Positions 36,001 to 47,929 of a DNA stretch of 64,000 nt are shown one piece after another; within the stretch, counting starts at the first letter, position 1, and every line of letters begins with the position of its first letter. Where the stretch lies: positions 10,788,001 to 10,852,000 of the forward strand of contig NC_043011.1 in assembly GCF_006345805.1 (NCBI RefSeq), written 5' to 3'. Source of the stretch: Octopus sinensis. Taxonomy: Eukaryota. A program made the translations under genes and the position numbers. The notes under the pieces were generated by a model. It saw only the letters and a list, made by a program, of their open reading frames with translations. It did not search any database and was not told the origin of the DNA.

Positions 36001-36299
36001 ACAAGCCACTACGGTTATTTAATGTAAAGTCTTCCTCAAATCACGCTCTCACTATTTACTCTCTTCCAAGAACATTTTCACTCACTCTTATCTGTTAGCT
36101 TCCCATACATTTTACTCATGTATCTATCAGCGTCATAGACAGAAACAAATATTACATCGCCATCGCATTCTATTGTCTACCTGTCAACACACAGTGAATT
36201 AGTTTCAGTTTATTCGTTGCACACTGTGTGTGTGCGTTTGCGTGTGCTGTAACCCAAACTAAGAAAAGCATTTGACATATACACCAGAATGTGAGTTTT

Positions 36300-36470
36300 C
36301 TCTAAATTTTGCTTAATTGGGGTTGAAATTTTAAAAAGCGGACCTGGAAAAACCCGATGCATTCTACTCTTAAAAATGCTAGGTAAATTGTAATTGAAGA
36401 AATCCTATATTGTAGATTTCTATAACTGACAAAGGGAGGCAGATAAAATCTGCCTTTTATAATAAGAGAT
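36300..36470 (-). mobile_element. Helitron 5'-terminal fragment (same family as 34360-34539)
   Basis: Shared GGGAGGCAGA.AAAATCTGCCTTTTAT.ATAAGA terminus and upstream sequence. Confidence 0.6.
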
Positions 36471-36548
36471 TTTATAATAAGATATATATATATATATATA
36501 TATATATGTATTATGTATATATATGTATATATATATATATGTATATGT

Positions 36549-36834
36549 GGAGGCACAATGGCCCAGTGGTTAGGGTAGCGGACTCGCGGTCGTAGGATCG
36601 CGGTTTCGATTCCCAGAACAGGCATTGTGTGTGTTTATTGAGCGAAAACACCTAAAAAGCTCCACGAGGCTCCGGCAGGGGGTGGTGATCCCTGCTGTAC
36701 TCTTTCACCACTCTTTCTGCTGTTGGCCTGCTCACTTAGCCAGCGGGGTAGCGTCATTCGAAGGCTTAAAATAATGCGAACGCATTGTGACCAGCGATGT
36801 GTAGCAACATCTGATGGTCTGGTCGATCACGTGA
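36549..36834 (+). mobile_element. tRNA-derived SINE in a (TA)n run
   Basis: TGGCCCAGTGG A box and GGTTTCGATTCC B box; ~285-bp body; TA repeats on both sides. Confidence 0.85.
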
Positions 36835-36864
36835 TATATGTATATATATATATGTATATATTAT

Positions 36865-37007
36865 ATATGACAGGCTTCTTTCAGTTTCTGTCAACAAAAT
36901 CCACTCACAATGTTTTGGTCGGCATGAGGCTATGATAGAAGTGCCATGCACTGAGACTGAACCTGGAACCACATGGTCAGGAAGCAAGCTTCTTTACTAC
37001 ACAGCCA
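36865..37007 (-). mobile_element. tRNA-derived SINE fragment (family of 571-717)
   Basis: Shared GGCTTCTTTCAGTTTC..AAATCCACT..GAAGCAAGCTTCTT..CACAGCCAC. Confidence 0.7.
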
Positions 37008-37496
37008 CAAAGTTCTTTTTTTTTTAAGTATGTGTTGCATTGCCTATGTTTTGAAAGACATACAGAAACACACACACAAACCAAAAACTTTCTATATTGT
37101 TATATAATGAAAGCCTTTTTTAAAAAACTATGTGTTGTATTGACAAACTTGCACTTAAAATTCCTGCGTTTTTAATATTAACTTGCAAGTTACTATGGTG
37201 ACAGCGCTGCTTATCTTATCTACCTATCAGTCTATTTTAATCTTTTGCTTAGGCATAGCTAGACTAATAACCTGGTGTAGACCTCAACATATGTATGGCC
37301 CAGAACACAATGTAATATGAGTACAGAGTGGTAATAGAAACAAAGCACTGACACCTGAAAAACCAAATGCTATGTAATGAACTGCATTAGCTTACAGCTG
37401 TTTCTGCTAACTATCCACCACAGAAACAAATGCAAGCTAATGATATTCATTACATAACATTTGGTTTTTCCAGTGTCATCTCTTTGTTTCTATCTG

Positions 37497-39525
37497 CTTT
37501 TTTTTATTCACCATAAAGGTTATGTACAGAATTGGACAGCACATCCGGGGAACTTAAAATAACAATAGCGAATGACAAGACAAGAAAAAATAAAAATAAT
37601 AATGAATTATGAATAGATAATTACAAATGAGGTGTAAATGTCCACTCGATCCCCAGAATCAAGAGGTTACATTTTCGTCAGTTTTTTCCACAGAACAATA
37701 TATTTCACCGAATTTCTAAATACATTTTCAGAATATTTTTCATAAAATTCCAGCAAACAGAGTTTCAAAATTACCTTTTTCAACATTTCAAAATACATTT
37801 TCAAAACAAATTTCGAATATACATATTCCAAGACTTCCACAAACATTTTACAGAGCTTCAAAAAAATTACTTTTCTCAATTCAAAGTACATCATTTCGAA
37901 CTTACATATCACAGAATTTCAACAACATTCTACAGTATTTCAAATTCCAGTTTCAGGATTTCGAAATACATTTTCACAGAGTTTTTCTTTTTTCTCACAA
38001 TCCTTCCACATCCCTGAAGTCCATCACTACACCTGGAGCTAGACGCTCTCTCATTCAACACCTCGTGTAAAATATGTTTTCTCCAGCAGCTTCGAGATAC
38101 TCAACGGCTCCTTCCTCAGGGATTAGAGCAGTCTCCTCCAGCCGCGTGTCTCTCGGGTTGACCCATACATGTCCTTCCGTTTCATATGTTAAATCACTCA
38201 TTTCAGGGCAGTTCCTGTAGGTTACTAATATATAATAGTAGTAATCCTGATTCCTTCCTGTGTATTCCTTCATCTTCCTTTTCAGGCTTATTTCCTCCTT
38301 GTTCTCCTCTATTTGTTTCTCTCTTTCTCTTTTTTTGCCTTCTCTTCTTTCTCTTTCCTTCTCTTGTCTTTTTGGCTCTTCATCTGTTTTCTCTTTATCT
38401 CGTACTTTATGTTCCTTTCCTGTAGGTTCTTTTTCCTTTTGTGTACCGTCCTTTTTTTTTTCCGCTTGACTCTCGTTTTTTTCCTGTTGTTTCTCTTTCC
38501 TTTGTTTTCTCTTGACTCTGTTTTGGTTCTATTAATTCCTTCCCTTTGATTTCTTTTTCCTTCATTGTCTTATTATTTCCCTTCTCTTGTTGTTTTGTTT
38601 CCTTTTCTTTGCTTTCTTTCTCATTGTTCTTTTCTTCAAGTTCCCTTTCCTGCTCACACTCTGCTACGAATTCATATAGGGGGCATTCCTTTTTAATGTG
38701 CCCCCTTGTCTCGCACAAGTAGCAGTTAGGTTTTCTCCCCTCCACGATTACGCTAAGGGTTTTTTCGTTTTCAATCTTAATTCTGAAGGGAAACCTTTCA
38801 ATATCTTCTGTTGTGGCCATCAGCCACAAATCTACCCCGTATCCTTTCCAGTTCACTACATTTGACTCCTTGATTGATCCAATTACTACTTCTTCTTCTG
38901 CTGAGCCTAGAATGGCTGCTGCCAGCCATTCTGTCTTTACTTCAGGGGGTACATTCGGGATTCTGACTCGAACCCCTCTTCTTCCCTTATATGAAGGCCA
39001 CATCGTGAATTTTTCGGCTCTTAGTACGGTGGTAGCCAGCGAGGCTGCAACTTCCTCTGTTGTACACCTCACCTCCACCGTACCAAATTTCTTGCCTCTG
39101 CTCACAAAAGTAGTTTTCTCCATTATGTCTCCCAGACATTTCTCAATTTCGTCTATAGATATTCTTGCTAGCTTCCTTGTACTCCTATCTTGGGTTCTGT
39201 AGGTCACTATCTTGTTTTCCTTGTCCTCTTTTGTTTTCGCGGGGAGGGATTAGCATCACGCTGTCACCCTCCCTTTTAAAGAGTTTCTCATATTCTTTAA
39301 GTTTTTCCTTCTCAAAGAATACTTCTCTTACAGTAAGTGATAAATCACTTTTCCTTGTAGCGACCCCCCGCGTAAGTCTCCATGACTTGGGGGTCGACTC
39401 ACCTTCTACAAAAAGGTTCCAATACGTGGAGGCAAGTGCCTCGCGCGATACAATATCAATTTCACGCACAGAAAAAACTAACGTCTTATCACAATGAACA
39501 ACACCACGACAATTGCATCAGATAG
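37497..39525 (-). mobile_element. ORF1-only (HAL1-like) Tx1/L1-type retroelement with polyA and 11-bp TSD
   Basis: GTTTCTATCTG at 37486-37496 and 39526-39536; ORF1 with CYLCETRGHIKKEC knuckle (38407-39207, extended by frameshifted pieces); AATAAA + A-tail at ~37498-37508; no APE or RT. Confidence 0.8.
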
Positions 39526-41674
39526 GTTTCTATCTGTCTACCTATCTCACACACACACTGTCTGTCTCACTGTCTCTCTCTCTCTCATACACACACACAC
39601 ACATTCATTGTATTTCTCTCTCAACCACAACCTTTTCTTCTCTTTTTCTAGAAATACACTATGACATATATTTTGATTTCTCCCCTTCTTTCCCTCCAAT
39701 AGCTGTTGCGACAGACAGGCAGAGAGAGATCCCCTTTTATAATATAAGATTATTTATCAAGCATGAGTGATATCTAATTCATTTTAAAAGTGCTAATTAA
39801 ATGTATAGAATTTAATAGTAAAAATTCTTACAAAGTAACTTGAGGAGCTTTGCAGCTCCCGGTTAACTTGATAGGGGATCTTGGAACAGTGGTGGGACAG
39901 GAGATTATGTGTTCAGCTATTCTGGTAAATAAGGCCTAGAAGTGATCGGCTACTGCATGACTATCTTGAGTTGAGCATAAAAAACAAGGGCTGGAGGAAT
40001 AAACCCTATATTTTCGAACTGACTGGATTTCCAACATTTCTTACAACTGAAGAGAGGAACCGGTCATACTGGGGCCTCTCCTGCCACTGGATAACTCCTT
40101 CACAATGGAGACAGCAATACTGAAGACTGTACATACACCAACACTGTTAAAAAGTTCCATTACACAGATATTTTCTTCTACTCTAACTAAAATGGCAGCA
40201 TTGGAGAGTCTGATAATGAGAAAAGGCCTGATTGTGCTACTAGTCAAAACTTTACAAGTAAGTGACTGGCAAGTGAGATTGAGTGAATATGAACACCCTC
40301 ATCCCCAACACACACACACACACACTTAGTAGGTCCCAGGGTGAATGAACAGACCTATCCAAGAACTGCACTGTTCACTCAATCAAGAGAAGGAAATGGC
40401 CTTGAAAAACTGATCAACAATTTATCAACTCAGTTCAATTCCTGGACAGGGAACTGCACCTCTCAGATCATTTTACTTTGTGGTTATAAAAACAAAACTA
40501 ATATACTATTTCGGTTTGCTACATGGAATATGCAGACACTGCTTGAGATAATCAACTCAATACACTGACCCTAGCATCAAACAAGTCTCATATCAAGTAA
40601 GCTAAGGTGCTAGAGTGTAGATATTGTGGTGTTGAAAACACAATGGAGCTTTCTTGACAACGTACCTCTCTATGCAGAATGTACAGCTGTAATCTTCATC
40701 TCAGCAAGAAACTGCTCATATTGCAACAGCAGCTTGTCTCCTCCTTTAGTAAGAACGAAGATGTTATTTTGTTGCCCCAACTGGAGCTTTCCAGTGAATA
40801 ACTTTCATTCATGTTATGATAATCTTAATCTTGAATGACTAACAATACGAACTTTAGAAAGACCTTTGCAGACTGAACTTTTGAAGAAAGCATTGATATC
40901 CATAAGTTATCAATTGTGCTTCATTTCAGTTTGGTATTTAATGTAATTCTCTTCAAAATGCTTGGAAGCACTGAGGCATATTTTTTCCTTTGTGATGTCC
41001 AGTCAATTGCACTTTCCCCAGACTTGTGTATGTGATTGGTCAGAAATGGCAGTGAACAGCAGAATGTGCACAGGAGACAACTGAATCCTAACAGAATGAA
41101 GGTTGGGAAAACCTTGTTGACATGTTTTGTTTATATGAATATGGTATGATCTCCCATATATGATATAGTAAGCTGAAAAGTTTGAATAACTGAAAATATG
41201 CAATTAGTGAGCAAAAGCTTCCTATAGGAATGCTCAAAATTTAAAAGAACGGGAGATAGATTGAATCTGGTCTTCAAGTTCAATAGGTGAAAGTAATATG
41301 TTTCAGTCTTATTAGGTTTCCTCAACAAAATGACCCCTCATGTAGAAAGACTAAGAATACACAAATAAATATATGTAATGGAGTGACACTGATCATGAAT
41401 ATCAACAAAATGGTGAAGGGTTAGGGTTAGTCTACACACAAATAGAAATATGGTTGTGTTTCATAAGTGTAATATGAGGAAAAATTGTACTTACTGAGAT
41501 TATCTATGCAATTAGGAAACAAAAACACCATCAGGAAATACTTAAAACAGCAGAGATAACATCAAATGAAATTTTGGAAAAGAAAGAAAATGCAGTCTAA
41601 GAGTGGATCCGCGTATACATACAAGAAAACACCTACAGACAAAGTTGACCATTTTGAGACTTATGGGTCGAAAG

Positions 41675-42080
41675 AATATTGGTGGATCTTATAAATTAAA
41701 ACAGCCATCAAGTTAAAACACAACCAGCCAGATATTGCTATATGGGACCAAAACAGAAAGATATGTTCTATTGCAGAAATCAGCTACCCTCTGGATCCCG
41801 ATGTGGTTAGTAAAACAGAAAAGAAAGAGGACACCTATGGACTATTATTGATAAGGAGCTTGCAAATCCAGTTCCCAAGATACACTTTCAGTTTCACACC
41901 TATTTTCATTGGAGCAACGAGATACATACCAACTCATTTGTAGCAAAGTATGGCTGAACTTGAGTTCTTGAGGAGAGAATGCAAATCCTTAATCCATACA
42001 CAACAAATGATCATGATATCTAGAACTATAAACAACTACAATGCAAAAATGATCATGATATCAAGACCTTCTGGAGGTTT
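41675..42080 (+). mobile_element. R4/Dong/NeSL-type LINE restriction-like endonuclease remnant
   Basis: 41695-41943 translates IKTAIKLKHNQPDIAIWDQNRKICSIAEISYPLD..KTEKKEDTY..FTPIFIGA (PD-(D/E)xK fold motif). Confidence 0.75.
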
Positions 42081-43381
42081 ACAGAACAATGGATAAAACA
42101 AGAATCTTTCCTTCACAATCTTACTATCAAGTATGTGACCAGTCAAAATTTATTCCAAGTTAAAAAGAGAAAGAGTACATTCATACATACATTATATTTT
42201 TACCTACTCAATTGAATGTCTTAGACTTTATTGTAATCAATTACCTGCCCATTGGAAAGCTTGTAAGGATAAGATATGAAACAAAAAGTGAGTTCTTGTT
42301 CTTTGTCTCATACTCTGTGCAGATTTTTCAATTTAAGTAGCATGAAATGTATGAATTGTGGAACCATGTTCCCTTTCTCCAGTAATCCAGCTTGAGCTAT
42401 CTTTTAATTCAGGCAAACTAATATATATTATATTGCTCCATTAATAAAAATTGTAAAGCTAAAAATGATTTAATTTAAGGACTGGTTCACAGATATGTTT
42501 ATTATTTAGGGACTGGTTCAGAACTACAAATGTCTCTTTTTCCCTTGTAGTTTTCTGATTACATTAATCTCAAATAAGCAACTGACCTCCACAATAGATA
42601 TGCTTTTAAATTGTGGCAAACACTGAGTTGGTTGTTTTTAATCTTAACTTCCACCAGTTTTCCTTTTCATTCATCAATCTCAATATTTTCATCTTATTTG
42701 TTATATTTTTCTTTCTCACACTATTCCGGATTCTTCTGGTTACCATATCATACCATAAGACAGTCTCCTGAGATATTCTTAGACATATCTAATGGTATAA
42801 TTATGATCTTCAGTTCTCATAGCCTACACTTACTGTCAGTTAATGCTGCCTGTCTTTTGTGTAGAAGATACTTGGTATAGATTACAGGAAGTCAACCTTC
42901 AAGGGGAGGTGATAAAAATTTGTTGGTACTCTATGCTCGGTTCTACATGTGGTTTATTACCTCTCAGGTCTGTGCTTTACTTTCAGGCATCAATGTACTT
43001 ACTGAATTGTCCTTTGCTTCTGTTATAGAGAGAGACATCAGCACTTCATGTTCAGGAGTTACGCTAATGATGCTTTTATTTTTGTTTTTGCATACCTTAG
43101 CAAGACAGTTCCTGAAATTATGAACATTTCATGAAGAAACCTGAACTAGAGTGGCTACCAAGAGACCAAATATAGTGAGGTTAGGGCTATAGAAAAATTG
43201 CTGATAATGAATAACTCACTTTTATAATATACAATCATTATCATCATCCTCATTATTTTATATCTGCTTTTCCTATGCTAGAGTATTAAGGCAGCAGTAT
43301 TCTATGCTAGATGTCTTTCTTGATACCAACCTTTGCTTTCAAGTAAGGTATCTTAGTCTATACCATCAAACATGTGCATGC

Positions 43382-43431
<50 letters not shown>

Positions 43432-44517
43432 TTGCAACAAGTTTCTCAAAAACAGAGGATGTAAAACTCTGCTGTCTTTCTTTTATTTCCTTTCTGTCAA
43501 CTTTATTCTAAAGAACTCTGTCTGAAAAGTTGGATATTCCACTTTCCACAGCAATTTCATTGTTTCACTGTACTCTGTCACTTTATACACACAACACAAA
43601 TATTCATCATCATCATATTCAGTTTATGTCCACTTGCCATGTTGGCATCGGTTGGCTAGTCACCATGGTCAGAGTTGGAGCCATTTCTTATTGGGAGCCA
43701 CTGCTCCTTAACACTGGTGCTTCTATATTGTGTATATATCATTTTGTTCGGTTTCCATAGTTTGAAAGTTTAGCCAACAGAAAGCTGCTTTCCAAAATAC
43801 CTCAACCAAGCTGCATTGCTCAAGGGATTTGACAGTCTGCGTTTACGTAAATGCTTTTCTTCATCTCTCATTTCTTTTCTGTCTTCCATCCTCATTTACT
43901 TGTCTTTAGTGAGTATTTTCTTTGCTCTCCAATCTGGATTAGTTCCAACAGGGATGTGGATGAAGCATTAGACTTGTGAAGGATACTGCTTTTGTAAGCT
44001 TCAGAACAGGCCAATTCACCTGAGAGTCTGAGAGAAATAAAGCCACGTATGGTTTCTCAATAAATCTAACCAATATTCAAGAAATCTTTTACTTTTTGCA
44101 AGAGAAATCTTTTGAGTATTGCAATGATGGTTTCTACTTTTAACAAACATTGGTTTTCTTGGGCTGTACAGGTTCTACATTACCATTATTCTTAGAGTCA
44201 GAACCAATATGAATAGGGATAGGTGTCAATAAGCTCTAGCAAAGAATATTACTCCATTTTTGGAGCTTGTGTGACTTCCCACGGATGATCGGAACTATTT
44301 CAACAGGCTTAACTTTTGTCAATGAGCCTGAGGCAGATGCCTTAAATAGGATGCTACAGTAAGTGAATTTTGTCACAGAAGTATCACTAATTACAGATAA
44401 ATTATATTTTAGAACTGGTATTTTGACATATCTGGAGGGGTTGGTCCACTTTTTACAATATATATATATATACATATATACTGACATATCACAATTTTCT
44501 CAAAATTTCAAATTTAA

Positions 44518-44732
44518 CTCTTTCATTACTGTATTTATTTTGAAATGCTGTGTTTCTTTCAATTAATTTAAATATAACAAAGAATTTAGCAAAATAACTT
44601 AACATTCAGCTAGTGTTAGGAACATAAATTGGAACTAAGGTTTGGTGGAAGACTTTAATTCAAAACTTATGAAAACAAGACATTTGTACTACAGAGTCAG
44701 AGGCAGTTTCAGCTGGGTTGGTAATGAAAGAG
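44518..44732. mobile_element. piggyBac-type MITE
   Basis: TTAA at 44514-44517 and 44733-44736 flanking 12-bp TIRs CTCTTTCATTAC/GTAATGAAAGAG. Confidence 0.75.
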
Positions 44733-45695
44733 TTAATTTTGTAGATCATTTTGTGAACCAACCAATTTTTCTTTTACATTAAGTTCTTATCTTATCGTAA
44801 TCAACAAAATATGAAAGGTATTTGTAAAAAAATTCATTAAAAAATATCATTGTTTATTAGGAAACAAAGTTTGTTGAGGGCACACTTGTGTAGGTGTGCC
44901 TACATATGTGTGTGTGTGAGTGTGTGTATTACTCAGCATACCTATACAAACATGTCCCTGTGACTTTGTTTCTTCATAACTTGGTAATTTTTTGTTGTTG
45001 GGTCTTAGAACTATCAATGTTTACAGCTGTTTGTTTGTTACATTCTGTGAAAAATTTATATTTATTTACTTTTAGTTTCATGACATGCTGAAGGCGACAT
45101 TTGCTTTGAAGTTGGAAAGTTAAAGAGGAAAGAGAGGCACCCAAGTATATATGTATGTATCTATGAAAGATAATGAGTGTGTGTGTGTGTGTGTATACAT
45201 GTATATGAAAGCCAATGGGTGTACATGTGTGTGTATGTCTATGTGTAAGCGTGTTCAGTTTCATGTATTTGTATTCACTCACACACGCATGCAAAGACAC
45301 TTGTACACTGATTATCTTTCATATAGATGTACATACATACAGACAGACAGACAGACATACATATTGAGAAATCGGCAGTTACTCAATTAAGATTACAAGT
45401 TCAGGTTTATACCTGTAATTATTGGAGCCCTGGGATGTGTAACATTGCCTAAATACCAATCTTGAAAAATTAGGCTTCTCAAAACCAGAAAGGGGAAAGC
45501 TAATTTGAAGACTACAGATCCAATCCATCACAGGAACTGTAAAAATCTGTGAAACTTTCCACAAGTTTATCATTTAAATATATAAATGAGCATGCCTAAA
45601 TATGCAAATATATGCATGAGAATATATACATTAAACAAAACATTCAAATCTGCACATATGCATACATAATTCTTTTTTGTATGTATGAGTGTTTA

Positions 45696-45852
45696 TGTGT
45701 GAGAGAGAGAGAGACAGACAGAAAGAGAGAGTGCGTGCATGTGAGTGTATGTGTGAGAGAGAGAGAGACAGACAGAAAGAGAGAGTGCGTGCATGTGAGT
45801 GTATGTGTGAGAGAGAGAGAGACAGACAGAAAGAGAGAGTGCGTGCATGTAT
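45696..45852. repeat. Compound-microsatellite tandem repeat, ~3 x 54 bp
   Basis: GTGTGAGAGAGAGAGA(GA)CAGACAGAAAGAGAGAGTGCGTGCATGT repeated three times. Confidence 0.9.
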
Positions 45853-45934
45853 GTTTCTATTCTAATTTTAATTATTTAAATTTATCAGAGGCAGAAACTG
45901 ATTTCTAATAAAGATGCAAAGTTCCATTGTTAGA

Positions 45935-47770
45935 ATCATCATCATCATCATCATTTAGCGTCCGTTTTCCATGCTAGCATGGGTTGGACGGTTCTACTGG
46001 GGTCTGTGAAGCCAGAAGGCTTCATCAGGCCCAGTCAAATCTGGCAGTGTTTCTACGGCTGGATGCCCTTCCTAACGCCAACCACTCCGTGAGTGTAGTG
46101 GGTGCTTTTTACGTGTCACCCGCACAGGTGCCAGACAGAGCTGGCAAACAGCCACGAACGGATGGTGCTTTTTATGTGCCACCGGCATGAGGGCCAGGCG
46201 AGGCTGGCAATGGACACGAATGGATGGTGCTTTTTACGTGCCATCGGCACGAGGCCAGTCGGGGCGGTGCTGGCAACGGTCGCGAAACGGAAGGTTCTCT
46301 TACATGCCACCGGCACTGGTAAGACATCTGCAATTTCCATTGATCGATTTCGATTCTGATCCTCACTTGCCTCAACAGGTCTTCACAAGTAGAGTTTTGT
46401 GTCCCAAGAAGGGAAGGTATGCATACGTAGGCTGGCTCCATCCCATATAGAAGGCCACGGGTTATGGACTCACTTGTCCTGCCGGGTCTTCTCGCACACA
46501 GCACACTTCCAGAGGTCTCGGTCTCTAGTCATTTCCTCAGTGAGACCTAAAGTTCGAAGGTCATGCTTCACCACCTCATCCCAGGTTTTCCTGGGTCTGC
46601 CTCTTCCACAGGTTCCCTCAACAGCTAGGGTGTGGCACTTTTTCACACAACTATCTTCATCCATTCTCGCCACATGACTATACCAGCGCAAACGTCTCTC
46701 TTGCACACCACAACTGATGCTTCTTAGGTCCAGCTTTTCTCTCAAGGTACTTACACTCTGCCAAGTATGAGTACTGACATTACACATCCATCGGAGCATA
46801 CTGGCTTCATTTCTTGCAAGCTTACGCATATCCTCAGCAGTCACGGCCCATGTTTCACTGCCATGTAGCATGGCTGTTCGTACACACGCATCATACAGTC
46901 TGCCTTTCACTCTGTGCGAGAGGCCTTTTGTCACCAGCAGAGGTAAAAGCTCTCTGAACTTTGCCCAAGCTATTCTTACTCTAGCAGTTACACTTTCAGC
47001 ACACCCACCCCCGCTGCTGACTTGGTCACCTAGGTAACGGAAACTATCAACTATTTCTAGTTTTTCTCCCTGGAAAGTGACGGAAGTTGGTCTCAGAGCA
47101 TTTTCAGTGTTTATTGTTCCTGAGCATCTGCCACATACAAAAACCATCTTCCTAGTTAGCCTTCCTTTGACATTGCTGCACCTCTTATGTGTCCATAGCT
47201 TACACTTGGTGTATCTTATAGAGTTTCTACCTACACCTTTTCTACAGATCGAGCAGGGCCATCTACCTGAAGGCGTTTGTGATTTGTCTACCTTCCTACT
47301 GATTACGACTTTGGTTTTAGCTAGATTGACTCTAAGGCCCTTCGATTCTAATCCTTGTTTCCACACCTGAAACTTCTCCTCCAGTTCTGATAGCGACTCA
47401 TCAATTAGAGCAAGGTCATCAGCATAGAGGAGCTCCCAGGGGCATCCTGTCTTGAATTCCTCCGTTATTGCCTAGAGGACTATGATAAATAGGAGGGGAC
47501 TGAGTACTGAGCCTTGGTGGACCCCTACCTCTACCCGGAATTCTTCACTGTACTCGTTTCCAACCCTCACCCTACTAGCAGCGTCCTTATACATGGCCCG
47601 CACAGCTCTCACTAACCATTCATCTATCCCTAGTTTCCTCATTGACCACCAGATAAGGGATCGGGGGACCCTGTCGAAGGCTTTCTCCATGTCAACAAAA
47701 GCCAGGTACAGGGGCTTATCTTTGGCTACGTATTTCTCCTGCAGCTGTCTTACCAGGAATATAGCATCAG
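45935..47770 (-). mobile_element. 5'-truncated RTE LINE with probable TAGAAT TSD
   Basis: ORFs 47472-47804 and 46470-47366 (RT, PHD, thumb); (ATC)n at the left end; TAGAAT at 45931-45936 and 47774-47779. Confidence 0.93.
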
Positions 47771-47929
47771 ATATAGAATGTAAATAACAAAAACAATTTT
47801 GCATTTTAAACTTGAGAAAAGCTTTGCATATATATAATGTACAAGTTAGTTATGTGTGTGTGTGTTTATGCATGCTCTTAACGTGACTCTACACTCCTTC
47901 CACCATGTTTGTGTGGAGTGTAACATGAT

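Noticed and set aside
37385-37442. Additional hammerhead (GAAACAGCTGTA with cattagct/agctaatg stem I)
   Set aside because: No recognisable 7-nt core or stem II remains; at best a deleted relic
43760-44400. Possible host exon in higher-complexity sequence
   Set aside because: Stops in the frames I read and no recognisable motif or splice-consistent frame; may be a decayed repeat
44960-45320. Long-range inverted repeat with 59250-59560 as ends of one giant element
   Set aside because: The copies are quite diverged with no TSD or terminal signature; more simply two dispersed copies of one repeat family
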